Made by a program: the position numbers and the translations under genes. This document shows positions 22,758 through 32,090 of a stretch of DNA of 64,000 nt, one piece after another. Each line of letters starts with the position of its first letter. The stretch's first letter is position 1. The stretch lies in assembly GCA_937928775.1 (NCBI GenBank), contig CALFVI010000034.1, positions 19,008 through 83,007 of the forward strand, read 5' to 3'. The notes under the pieces were generated by a model. It was not told where the DNA came from and did not search any database. It saw nothing but the letters and a program-made list of their open reading frames with translations. The DNA is from an uncultured Elioraea sp. (lineage in GTDB: Bacteria; Pseudomonadota; Alphaproteobacteria; Acetobacterales; Acetobacteraceae).

Positions 22758-24286
22758 GCGCGGGCTGAGGGCGACCAGGGCGCCGGTTCCCCGATCAGGC
22801 GCACGACCACGCGGCGAAGGCGGAACGGCAACTGGTCGAGCAGCACCGTCTCGCCGCCCAATGGGCGGCCGGCAGCCCGCCACGCGAGGACGAGACAAAA
22901 TCCGTAGCTTGCAGCACCGAGGAGGATCTTGACGAGGGCGAGACTGACCACAGTGAGATGAGGCGGCCAAGGGAGAAGCACGAGCACGGTGAACATCCCC
23001 GCTCCTGCCAGGAGCGGACGAGTAAGCACGCGGAGGATCAGTCTGGCCTTGCCGCCGATTGCGCGGAACACCACCGCGTAATCGACCAGAAGAAACAGCG
23101 CGCAGGTCGTGCTGAACGCCCACGCCACCGCCATCGCCCCGCCACGGCTGAACGCCATGGCGCACGCCGCCATCTGGCTGAGCGCGCGTGCAAGCCATAG
23201 CAGGGCCGAGACCTCGACCCGCCCATAGGCGACCATGATGCTGCGATGGAGTTCGCAAACGACGAGCGCGGCATTGCCGAGTGCGATGACGGTGAGGATC
23301 GGTGTCGCATCGCTCCAACGCCAGCCTAAGGTCAGCCCGATTGCCTCGCTAGAGGTCGCGGCAAGGCCGAAGCCGACGGCGCTCGCGATCAGCAGAGCAG
23401 CACCGATTGCCTTCGCGGTCGCGTTGACAAACCAGTCGCCGCCGACATGGCGAACCCGCGCCAGCCCAGCGAGGAGAGGGCCCGCAACCGGGTACACCGC
23501 TTCTGTAACAAAAACCCGGGCCAGGTCGCGGCTGACGTGGTAAAGGCCGAAAGTTTCGCGATCGGAACCACGCCGCACGACGAGCTCGTCGGATGAGAGG
23601 GCGAAGTAGTTGGTCACTCCATGCAAAAGCGACCAGCCGGAGAAGGCGAGCAGCGAGGCCGAATGGTCGAGCCGCAGCCGCGGCCGGTAGGGACGGATCG
23701 CGTGGCTCAGTGCGATGTTGACAAGCAGGGCCGCCATCCCGCCCCAGATGATACCCCAGAAGGAACGCAACGCCACGGCGCCAAGCGTGGTCAACAGAGC
23801 GTCGATCACGCGGGTGGCCATGGCGAACTGCACAGCGCGGTCGAAGCGGAGCTCGCGCGACCACCACACGCCGACCGGCGAGCTCAAGGCGCTCAGCACG
23901 GAGCGAATGGCGGTGACGCGCAGGGCATCGACCAGGAGCGGCTCGTTCAGCAGCACCGCCGCCGGCCGGGCCACAGCAAAAGTGATCAGGGTGACGGCGG
24001 CGGAGAAGATCAGGTTCAGAGTCCAGCCGCGATCGAGATCCTCGCGGCTGAGCTTCTCCATGCGCACGAGCTGGTCGAACACGCCATGCGCGCCGACGAT
24101 GCCGACCAAGCCGCTGACGAGGGCGATGCTGCCGATCAGCCCGAAATCGTCCGGTGTGAGAGCGCGCGCTTTTACCGCCAGCGCCAGGAACCCCACCATC
24201 CGGCTGAACAGGCGGAAAGAGAGGAACCAGAGGGTTCCGCGGAAGACCCGGGCCGGGATCTCGCGCGGCGCGACCGTTTCGCTCAT
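22754..24286 (-). CDS. wzx: Wzx-type polysaccharide flippase
   Basis: ARALTPDDFGLIG motif, ~12 hydrophobic segments, EPS context. Confidence 0.85.
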   Translation of the reverse strand: MSETVAPREIPARVFRGTLWFLSFRLFSRMVGFLALAVKARALTPDDFGLIGSIALVSGLVGIVGAHGVFDQLVRMEKLSREDLDRGWTLNLIFSAAVTLITFAVARPAAVLLNEPLLVDALRVTAIRSVLSALSSPVGVWWSRELRFDRAVQFAMATRVIDALLTTLGAVALRSFWGIIWGGMAALLVNIALSHAIRPYRPRLRLDHSASLLAFSGWSLLHGVTNYFALSSDELVVRRGSDRETFGLYHVSRDLARVFVTEAVYPVAGPLLAGLARVRHVGGDWFVNATAKAIGAALLIASAVGFGLAATSSEAIGLTLGWRWSDATPILTVIALGNAALVVCELHRSIMVAYGRVEVSALLWLARALSQMAACAMAFSRGGAMAVAWAFSTTCALFLLVDYAVVFRAIGGKARLILRVLTRPLLAGAGMFTVLVLLPWPPHLTVVSLALVKILLGAASYGFCLVLAWRAAGRPLGGETVLLDQLPFRLRRVVVRLIGEPAPWSPSARA

Positions 24287-24376
24287 GGTCTATCCTGGCG
24301 GTACGTGCGGCCATCGCCCTCGCGCGCCGGCTTGGTCGCCCATCCGAAGCCAGTACGTCTCACCACGCCCGCGGTC

Positions 24377-25219
24377 TCAGCGCGCCTCGGCGATCGCGCC
24401 GGCGAAGACGCGATCGAGCCTGTCCCAGCGGAAATCGCGCAACAGGCAAGCAAGCCGGCACACTGTCCGCCGCAGCCCGACATAGTGGCGGATCCTTGAG
24501 CGCAGCGGTGCGGCGGTGACTCGCGGCTGGGCGGGATCGATCTCCCAGGGATGGGTGTAAAACACCACCGGCCCCGACTGGGCAGCCCGGCTGAGAAGCC
24601 TGCGATACAGCGGATAGGGGAAGAGACGGAACCAGCCACCGCCGGAACAGGGCCAAGCCTTGCCTGCGACGCGCGCCACCGACATTGGCACCTCGACCAC
24701 GCCAGAGGGGTCAGGGCGGAACGGGGCCTGGGGGGAGGCAGGATCGCCGTACAGGTCGTGCCGGATTGGATAGACGGAGGAGGAATAGGCGTGCCCCTCC
24801 TCCGCCAAGATGGCATGCGCCCAGGGCGTGCGCTGCGTCCCGATCGAGAAAGTGGGGGCGCGATACCCGATCACAGCCGCGCCGGTGCAGTCCTCGAGCA
24901 GGGCCTTGGCGCGACGGATGTCGGCCCGGAACCGAGCCGGGCCGATGGCGTGCACGAGTTCGTGCCCGTAGCCATGGCTCGCGATCTCGTGGCCGGCGGC
25001 GGCAATGCGGCGCACCAGGTCGGGATGACGCTCCGCCACCCAGCCGAGGATGAAGAATGTCGCGTGCACGCCAGCGGCGGCGAACAGGTCGAGGATCCGG
25101 TCGGTGTTGGCGACCACCCGCCGCGGCAGCGTGTCCCACGCGAGGCGCGGAATCACCTCGGCGAAGGCCTGGACCTGGAACCAGTCCTCGACGTCGACGG
25201 TCAGCGCATGGCGGTCCAT
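24377..25219 (-). CDS. XrtA-system polysaccharide deacetylase (CE4-like)
   Basis: ALTVDVEDWFQV, ATFFILGWVAER, GHEIASHGYGH, GYRAPTFSI, GGGWFRL, FYTHPWEIDP. Confidence 0.93.
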   Translation of the reverse strand: MDRHALTVDVEDWFQVQAFAEVIPRLAWDTLPRRVVANTDRILDLFAAAGVHATFFILGWVAERHPDLVRRIAAAGHEIASHGYGHELVHAIGPARFRADIRRAKALLEDCTGAAVIGYRAPTFSIGTQRTPWAHAILAEEGHAYSSSVYPIRHDLYGDPASPQAPFRPDPSGVVEVPMSVARVAGKAWPCSGGGWFRLFPYPLYRRLLSRAAQSGPVVFYTHPWEIDPAQPRVTAAPLRSRIRHYVGLRRTVCRLACLLRDFRWDRLDRVFAGAIAEAR

Positions 25220-25223
25220 AGCG

Positions 25224-26255
25224 TCATCGCCTCAGGTCGAGGGCAGCGAAGAGGTCCATTAAGCGGTTGAACACCCGTTCGCGTCGGGCGGACTGGATCT
25301 CGAGCAGTTCGACCCGTCGCGCGAGGTCAGCGACCACAGCCCGGTATTCGGGCGGGGGCTCGCTTGCGGCATAGAGCGAGCCTGTCGAATAGGGGTTCAC
25401 CAGTTCGGCGCGAAGCGGAGCGGCGCCCGCGTTTTGCGCTCCCGCCGAGAGGTCTTCCTCCAGCTCTTGCGCGGTGAGGCGAACGAGCTCCGCGGTCAGC
25501 GTGTCGGCCTGTTCGAGTGCACCGCCGAGCAGGACACGGCCGCACAGCCGGTTGATCCGGCGCGGAATGCCGCCGGTGTGGCGGTGAACCTCCTCGAGCG
25601 CGCCCTCGCCCCAGGCCGGGTGCCCGGCCCAGCCAACCGCGCGCATGCGGTGCTCGACATAGGCCGCTGTTTCTTCTCGCGACAGGCCGCCGAGATGGTA
25701 GGAGGCGAGAACGCGCTGGCGCAGCTGGTCGAGATCGGGGCTGGCGATAATCCGCCGCAGCTGCGGCTGGCCGAGCAGGATTGTCTGCAGCAGCGCCCGC
25801 CCGTTTTCGGTGACGTTGGAGAGCATGCGCAACTCTTCGAGCGCGGAGGGGGCGAGGGCCTGCGCCTCGTCGACGATCAGGAGGTGGCGGCGGCCGGTCC
25901 GTTCGCCTGTGCGCAGCGTTTCGCTAATGCCCCGCAGCAAGGCTGCCTTCGGCCCTTCGGAGGGAACTTCGAAGGCGTCGGCGACGAGGCGAAGCAGATC
26001 CTCGCCAGAAACTTGGCTGGTCGAGATCCGGGCAATCCGGTACGAGGTGGGATCAAGCTCGGCGCAGAGCTTTTCAACGAGGGTCGTCTTCCCCGCCCCC
26101 ACCTCGCCGGTGATCACGACGAAGCCTTCCCGCTGAGCTATCCCGTAGACGAGATGGGCATGGGCACGGTTGTGCACCGTGGAGGGGAAATAAAATCGCG
26201 CGTCCGGCGTCATAAGGAATGGGTGGCCGGTGAACCCGTAGTAGTCGATGTACAT
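25224..26255 (-). CDS. XrtA/PEP-CTERM-associated ExeA-like AAA ATPase
   Basis: PFLMTPDARF, Walker A GEVGAGKTT, Walker B LLIVDEAQ, LEELRMLSN, LLGQPQL, GIPRRINRLC. Confidence 0.92.
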   Translation of the reverse strand: MYIDYYGFTGHPFLMTPDARFYFPSTVHNRAHAHLVYGIAQREGFVVITGEVGAGKTTLVEKLCAELDPTSYRIARISTSQVSGEDLLRLVADAFEVPSEGPKAALLRGISETLRTGERTGRRHLLIVDEAQALAPSALEELRMLSNVTENGRALLQTILLGQPQLRRIIASPDLDQLRQRVLASYHLGGLSREETAAYVEHRMRAVGWAGHPAWGEGALEEVHRHTGGIPRRINRLCGRVLLGGALEQADTLTAELVRLTAQELEEDLSAGAQNAGAAPLRAELVNPYSTGSLYAASEPPPEYRAVVADLARRVELLEIQSARRERVFNRLMDLFAALDLRR

Positions 26256-26283
26256 TGGCCGAGCCCTTCGTGCCGGGTCGCCT

Positions 26284-28002
26284 CTAAAACGTCTTCCGTA
26301 CCGTTGCCACCACAAGATTGCGATAGATGGTGTCGTTGCCGATGTCGTCGTCGCGCACGTCCAGGCGGTAGCTGAGGGCGCCCGACAGAGTGTCGCTCAA
26401 AGCGTGGGTGAGTGTGGCGCCGAGAGAGTAGAAGGTGCTGTCGCTGCCACGGCCGCCCCCGATCGAGCGCACACCGTAGCGCACGAAACTCGTCAGGTTG
26501 GTCAGTTCGTCGAGCGGGCGCGACCAGCTGAGGCCGACCGAGGTGCCTTCCGTCGCGACCTGCTGTCGCGAGCGGGGATCGGCGGCGAACGGACGACGGT
26601 TCTCGTGGTTGACGGAGAGGACGAACGTATCGCGTGGCAGCGTGTGCGAAATGGCGGCGGACACGGTGCGGGTTCGGTAGAGCCCGTCCTGGAAACCGAG
26701 CAGGCCCGTATTGCCACTGATCGGGGCTGGCGCGCCGCTCGCGGTGAAGATCGGATTACCGAACGGGTCGAGCGTGGTGGTCTGTAGCAACTCCGCTGCG
26801 CGGAGCGCTGTGCTGGTCAGCCGGTCGCTGTAGCTGGCGAAGAGCCGCGTGCGCGGCCCGAACAGGTTCGTCGCCCCATCCACCTGCCAGGCGTTGTAAC
26901 CGTCGCGGCGCCCGTAGCGCACCGTCAGCTCCGAGGTGTCTGACGGCACGAGCCGCGCGCCCACACTCCAGATCGGGCCAGAGATGTCGGTTTTCGGAAC
27001 CGTATTGTACTTCAGGCTCTCATAGCCGATCTCGCCCAGGGCGAAGAGCCACCGCGTCACCCCGTAGCCGGCACCAAAGACGGCCTCCCAGCGTCCTGCA
27101 CCGTCGTAGATGCCATCTCCGTCGTAGGTGGTGCCCTGAAGGTTGCCAGTCAGCAGCAGACGGCCGAAGTCCTCGCCGCTGGTGACGGTTAGATAGCCAG
27201 TGTGCGAGATGAAGCTCGTGGGGGTGAAGCTTCGCGCGCGGATGGGACCGAACACGGGATCGTCGATGAAGACCGGGCGCGAACTGTCCTGTCGGGACTG
27301 GTCGGTCACGCTGAAGATGTAGCCGGTGCGGGCCACGGCGAGACCGCCGAAGCGCTGGACGGCATAAGGCGAGATGGAGGCTGAGACGGTTTGGATTTGG
27401 TTGCGCCGCGCGCCGCCGACCGTGTCCTCGCCAAAGGTGCCGAACAGGTCGCTCGATGACGCGGCGGCGCGGGCATCGAGGAACAGCCGGTCCTGCACCA
27501 GCGTGGCCAGGGCGCGCGCGGTTCCCGTGTGCAAAATCCGGTTCTCCGCGCTTTCAGAGAGATAGAAGGTGGCGGCCGGAGCGTAAGTGGCGGTGGCGGA
27601 GATGCGAGGTGTGTCCGCTCGCACCAGGATCGCGGGCGAGACGGCGACGAACACGTCCGAGCGGCGGTCTTTGGCCGTGAAGCGGACGTTGTCATCGAAG
27701 CCGACGGAGAGGCTCAGACTCGGTTGCACAAACCAGCCGACCTCACCGACCGGCAGGCTGCCCACGGTGCTGAAAGGGAAGCCAACACTGTTCGGGCGGA
27801 AGCGAAGAGACGGATCGGCGGCCGTTGGCGGAGAGGGCCGGGGCGCCGGTGCTGCTGGGGCGGCTGGAGGGGTGGAAGGCGGAGCCGTTTCCGTTTGCGC
27901 CCAGGTCAGGTTTGGTGCGCCGACCAGAACGGCGACCGCGCCGGCAGCGACAGAGCGTGCCGTTCGTCGGCGGGACAGGGCGGGCCGGCGCGATCGCGGC
28001 AT
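26284..28002 (-). CDS. PEP-CTERM-system outer-membrane beta-barrel protein (TIGR03016-like)
   Basis: Signal peptide, Pro linker, amphipathic beta-strands, C-terminal Phe (TVRKTF); position between kinase and ATPase. Confidence 0.8.
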   Translation of the reverse strand: MPRSRRPALSRRRTARSVAAGAVAVLVGAPNLTWAQTETAPPSTPPAAPAAPAPRPSPPTAADPSLRFRPNSVGFPFSTVGSLPVGEVGWFVQPSLSLSVGFDDNVRFTAKDRRSDVFVAVSPAILVRADTPRISATATYAPAATFYLSESAENRILHTGTARALATLVQDRLFLDARAAASSSDLFGTFGEDTVGGARRNQIQTVSASISPYAVQRFGGLAVARTGYIFSVTDQSRQDSSRPVFIDDPVFGPIRARSFTPTSFISHTGYLTVTSGEDFGRLLLTGNLQGTTYDGDGIYDGAGRWEAVFGAGYGVTRWLFALGEIGYESLKYNTVPKTDISGPIWSVGARLVPSDTSELTVRYGRRDGYNAWQVDGATNLFGPRTRLFASYSDRLTSTALRAAELLQTTTLDPFGNPIFTASGAPAPISGNTGLLGFQDGLYRTRTVSAAISHTLPRDTFVLSVNHENRRPFAADPRSRQQVATEGTSVGLSWSRPLDELTNLTSFVRYGVRSIGGGRGSDSTFYSLGATLTHALSDTLSGALSYRLDVRDDDIGNDTIYRNLVVATVRKTF

Positions 28003-28030
28003 GGCGCAGAAGGCTGGACGCGAGGGCGGG

Positions 28031-28966
28031 TTAGGAGCGGTCGTGGATCGGCGCGTGATAGTCATCGTAGCCATATGCGCCGAATGTGTCGTGACCGCGC
28101 AAGAGCGCACGATTGAGCAGGAGTTGGATGTTCGGGCAGGTGTCGACCAGGTCGAGAGCCGCCTCGACCTCCGCCCGTTGCGTCGCCTGCGCCTGAATGA
28201 CCATCACCACCTGTCCAGCGATCGGGGCGAGGAGAGAGGCCTCGGATGTCGCGAGGCAGGGCGGGGTATCGAGCACGAATAGGTGGTCGGGGTGGGCATT
28301 GGCCAGCCGCAGGAGGACCGCGCCGAGGGTGGCAGGCGGCGGGCTGCCAACCAGGCCAGAGCGCCCGTAGCCCAGAACAACCAGGCGGGGGATCGTTGTT
28401 GGCACGAACGGAACCGAGCCGCCGCCCGGGGCGCCGGCAGCGAGGCAGGAGAGGCCGAACCGATCGCGTAGGCCGAGCGCGTCGGTCAGCGACCCGGCCT
28501 TGCCGTCGCAGTCCACCAGGACGACCGTCCGCTGCGAGCCGAGGGCGAGGGCGGCCGCCAGGTTGACGGAGGTGAAGGTTTTGCCTTCGCCGGGCCGGGC
28601 CGAGGTGACCATGATGATCCGTCCGCAGCGACCGTCCACCGAGGGGGTGGCGCGAACCGTGCGCAGCACCCCGTGCTGGATGACACTGTATTCTTCGGCC
28701 AGACGGTTGCGCGCCGTCTTGCCCGACCCGACCACCAACCCAAGCGCCGTCAGAGCCTCGCGCGGGATGGGCTCCGGGGCGGGTCTCTCCGCGGGGCGTT
28801 CGGCCGCTGGTCCGGAAGTCTGGGGCGGAGCGGACGGCGGGGTCAGGGGAAGAGCCGCAGGCGCAGCTTCGGCGGCTGTCAGGCGGGAGACGCCAAACGC
28901 CTCGACCGCGCGTTCGACGAGGTGCTGCCGGTCGCGGCCGGGGGAACGAAGCGGAGGAGCGTTCAT
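28031..28966 (-). CDS. Polysaccharide-associated tyrosine autokinase (Wzc C-domain/CpsD-like)
   Basis: IMVTSARPGEGKTFTSVNLA, VLVDCD, VLDTPP, C-terminal Tyr cluster FGAYGYDDY. Confidence 0.9.
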   Translation of the reverse strand: MNAPPLRSPGRDRQHLVERAVEAFGVSRLTAAEAAPAALPLTPPSAPPQTSGPAAERPAERPAPEPIPREALTALGLVVGSGKTARNRLAEEYSVIQHGVLRTVRATPSVDGRCGRIIMVTSARPGEGKTFTSVNLAAALALGSQRTVVLVDCDGKAGSLTDALGLRDRFGLSCLAAGAPGGGSVPFVPTTIPRLVVLGYGRSGLVGSPPPATLGAVLLRLANAHPDHLFVLDTPPCLATSEASLLAPIAGQVVMVIQAQATQRAEVEAALDLVDTCPNIQLLLNRALLRGHDTFGAYGYDDYHAPIHDRS

Positions 28967-30513
28967 GTCAGCAGCCTGTTCACCATGGCCGGCACGCGCT
29001 CGGCCAGGCGGTTCGCGTCGAAGCCGAGCGCGACCGCGCCGAAGGCGGCAAAAAGAAGCAGCAGAGGCAAGCTGAATGCGGCAACAGCAAGGAGGTTGCG
29101 CGGCGGATCGGCTGAAGTGACGGCGCCGAGCACCGGTAGGCCGAACTGGCGCAGGTCGCGCACCGTATAGAAACTGGTATCGAACTGGCCGAGCAGCAGC
29201 GCGAGCGCGGCCCCAGAGCCGAGCCCAACCACCAGCACGCCGGCGAGCAGCAGCAACCGGTTCGGCGCCTCGGGCTTGAGAGGCACCGTTGGCGGCTCGA
29301 TCACCTCGAGTCGGACGCGATCGGCGTCGCGTCGCGCCGCCGTCGCGATCTGCAGCGCTTCGCGCCGAGCAATGAGATCCTGGTAGTTGCGCTGCAGCAC
29401 ATCATAGTCGCGGTTGATGTTGGCGAACTCGTTCTGCACCTGCGGCACGGTGCGCAGCAGGCCCTCGAGCCGCTCCACCCGTGTCCTTGTTTCTTCGATC
29501 TGGCGCTCGAGGGAGGCGATCTGCCCGTCGAGATCGACAATGCGCAGGCGAACCTGCTCGATGGTGTTGACCGGCGTACCCTGCTGCCCCTGCAGGCCGG
29601 CCCCGGCCTCGCTTCGGCCACCGCCGCGCGCGCCCGTGCTGCGCAGCTGGGCGATGATGCTTCGCGTGGCCACCACATCCGGGTGTTCGTCCGTGTAGCG
29701 CAGCAGAAGTTCCTGCAGCGTGCGCTCGGCCGCGGCTAGGCGGGGGTCTGGGCCTCCCGCGACACGAGGTCGCGGCGGGGCGCGCTGCATCTCTTCGTAT
29801 TGCGCCTGGAGCAGGGCCCGGCGCTGCCGCGCGTCGTCGAGTTCACCTTGCAGGCTATTTAGACGCTCGCGCGCCTGATCGAGACGGCTCACCCCGCCCT
29901 GTTCCAGCGGCAGGAGGTCGAAATAGCGGTTGCGGAACTCGATGCGACGCTGTTCTGTTGCCCGCAGCTGCGTTTCATAGTTGCGAATTTGCGCCTCGAC
30001 GAAGCTCCGCGCCTGGTCGAGTTGCTGCCTGTCGGCCGCCATCGCCGCCTCGAGCAGCAGGTTGAGCACGGTCTGCACGACGTCGCGGGCAAGACGCGGG
30101 TCGTGGTCGACGTACTCAATGCTGAACAGCGAATTCCGGCCGCGGAAGGTGGAAATCTTGATGCTCTCGCCGAGGTGGCGGATCAGCGCCTCGCGATCCT
30201 CTGGTGTCTGCACGCGCAGGTCGAGATCGGTCCGCGCGATGATCCGCTCCAGGTTCGGTCGCGTCAGGAGAATTCTAATCAGGAGGTCGACCTGGCTCTG
30301 CGGCGAGTCGTCGACCGCGAGGTTGCGCAGCACAGCACCGAGTACCGCATCGACGTCGACATGCACGCGCGCCGTCGCACGATACTGGTCTGGAATACGC
30401 TGCACGACCGCCCAGCCGACAAGGCAGACGAGCCATGCAACAAGCAGCGCTTTCCACCGGTGCTGCCAACTCGCGGCAACCATGCGCCGCAGGATCGGTC
30501 CGATCTGATCCAA
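28963..30513 (-). CDS. Polysaccharide chain-length determinant (XrtA-system Wzc N-part)
   Basis: N- and C-terminal TM helices, coiled-coil, LLRYTDEHPDVV, NRDYDVL, VIEPPTVP. Confidence 0.9.
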   Translation of the reverse strand: MDQIGPILRRMVAASWQHRWKALLVAWLVCLVGWAVVQRIPDQYRATARVHVDVDAVLGAVLRNLAVDDSPQSQVDLLIRILLTRPNLERIIARTDLDLRVQTPEDREALIRHLGESIKISTFRGRNSLFSIEYVDHDPRLARDVVQTVLNLLLEAAMAADRQQLDQARSFVEAQIRNYETQLRATEQRRIEFRNRYFDLLPLEQGGVSRLDQARERLNSLQGELDDARQRRALLQAQYEEMQRAPPRPRVAGGPDPRLAAAERTLQELLLRYTDEHPDVVATRSIIAQLRSTGARGGGRSEAGAGLQGQQGTPVNTIEQVRLRIVDLDGQIASLERQIEETRTRVERLEGLLRTVPQVQNEFANINRDYDVLQRNYQDLIARREALQIATAARRDADRVRLEVIEPPTVPLKPEAPNRLLLLAGVLVVGLGSGAALALLLGQFDTSFYTVRDLRQFGLPVLGAVTSADPPRNLLAVAAFSLPLLLLFAAFGAVALGFDANRLAERVPAMVNRLLT

Positions 30514-30577
30514 CGCCTCGACCCTCCTTCATGCGCCGCGCCAGAGTGGCCGGCGCCGCGCCACGGTCAGAGCCGGC

Positions 30578-31279
30578 TTAGAACCAGCTCTGCGGGATGA
30601 CCAGCGTGTCGCCAGGACGCATCGGCAAGTCCTGCGACATGTCACCGTCTCGCAACAGATCGGCCAGTCTGACCGGGATAATCTGCGGCGGCGCGCCCGG
30701 AGTCTCCCGCCGAACAATTTCCGCCCGGTTACCGGCGGCGAAGCGGGTGAGGCCCCCGGCCTGGATCATCACGTCGAGCACGCTCATGCCCTCGCGGAAC
30801 GGGATGGCAAGCGGCTGCACTGCCTCGCCTACCACGCGCACCTGCCGCGCCGGTGGGCCGACAAAGGACGTCACCAACACCGTGACGGTGGGTTCGCGCA
30901 CGAAGCGACGCAATTCCCGTTCGATCTCGCGCGCGAGCTCGCTCGGCGTGCGGCCAGCAGCGACGATGTTCTGCACCAGGGGGGTCGAGATTCGGCCATC
31001 CGGCCGGACGGGGACGGTGGCAGAGAGGTCGGGCAGCCGGTAGACTTGAATAGAGAGCGTGTCGCCGGCGCCGATCACATATTCGGGAGCATCAAAGGCC
31101 GGCAGCTGTGGCCGCGTATCCTCGGTTGGCAGGGGCACGCCACGCGTGCCACTGCATGCCACGGCGAAGCCGCAGGCGATGAAGAGGATGCCAAGCTGTC
31201 CTGCGCGCCGCGCCAGTCCGCCCAGCGCGAATGGCCTGCTGGCGTCACCGTGGGGGGTAAACTCTCGCCCTGTACGCAT
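30578..31279 (-). CDS. wza: Polysaccharide export lipoprotein (Wza-like, PEP-CTERM-associated)
   Basis: Lipobox AVAC; YVIGAGDTLSI, VPVRPDGRISTPLV, DVMIQAGGLTRFAAGNRA, PGDTLVIPQSWF. Confidence 0.93.
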   Translation of the reverse strand: MRTGREFTPHGDASRPFALGGLARRAGQLGILFIACGFAVACSGTRGVPLPTEDTRPQLPAFDAPEYVIGAGDTLSIQVYRLPDLSATVPVRPDGRISTPLVQNIVAAGRTPSELAREIERELRRFVREPTVTVLVTSFVGPPARQVRVVGEAVQPLAIPFREGMSVLDVMIQAGGLTRFAAGNRAEIVRRETPGAPPQIIPVRLADLLRDGDMSQDLPMRPGDTLVIPQSWF

Positions 31280-31334
31280 CGACGTCTCGTCCTGTCTCCT
31301 CAACGTGCGGCGGCTCGACCGTCGGATCACACCG

Positions 31335-31372
31335 ACCGAACGCCTCTATTCAAACCGAACGCCTCTATTCAA
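31335..31372. repeat. 19-bp perfect direct repeat x2
   Basis: ACCGAACGCCTCTATTCAA at 31335 and 31354. Confidence 0.9.
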
Positions 31373-31438
31373 CCAGTTCGCGGCGTTGGTGAAGCAAGGC
31401 GACCCGCCCGCCTGACCATGTGCCCAAATCTCACCCCT

Positions 31439-31489
31439 GCTCGTCCTGGCCCCTTGCTCGTCCTGGCCCCTTGTTCGTCCTGGCCCCCT
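31439..31489. repeat. 17-bp tandem repeat x3
   Basis: GCTCGTCCTGGCCCCTT x2 plus GTTCGTCCTGGCCCCCT. Confidence 0.9.
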
Positions 31490-31695
31490 GCCCTGTGCGG
31501 CCTCACTCCCCGGGGCCAGACCGCTGACCCCTCGGGGCTTACCCCCATGATCGGCTCTGGGCGACCAGCCCTTGGTAACCGGCCAAGCACGACTGGCCTG
31601 GGGTGACCCGTGCTTGGTGACCGGACCAGAGTAGAGGGCGTGGCCCGGACAAGAAGCACGGCTTCGGTCGGAGAGGCGCTGCCGCAGAGAACGCT

Positions 31696-31738
31696 GCACC
31701 CAACCGCCCGCATCGCACCCAACCGCCCGCATCGCACC
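31696..31738. repeat. 19-bp tandem repeat x2.3
   Basis: GCACCCAACCGCCCGCATC at 31696 and 31715; its end also forms an inverted repeat CATCGCACCAG/CTGGTGCGATG (31730-31763). Confidence 0.85.
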
Positions 31739-32090
31739 AGGCGCTGCCCTCGCTGGTGCGATGTCTAGCACATCGCGAGGGTGCGCGCCAGAACCATCCT
31801 CTTCGTCAAAAAATAAGACACGGCTCGCGCGGGTCGCTCCGCCATGCGAGATCTGTCGCGCGCTACGAGGTGACGTCGCGAAAAGGGAACCTTACAACAG
31901 GATTTCAGCGTTGCGCCGCTGACGCGGACGGAGTAGCTTGCCGTGATAGGCGGGCGAAGCTGCGTCGGCAGGTCGGGTGTTGCCCCCCGGCGGTGCAGCC
32001 CGCGTTGAGAGTGGACCGCGGATCGGATCGGCTGAGGGGTGGCCCGTCCGGCAGTCGCATCGCAACACCTCGTATGGTGAGCCGCTACCG

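Noticed and set aside
20592-22907. Long alternative-frame ORFs (e.g. 771 aa here; also 5209-6888, 9077-10651, 16802-18592, 46572-48290)
   Set aside because: Antisense or shadow frames of well-supported genes; expected in ~70% GC DNA, and no motifs are recognisable.
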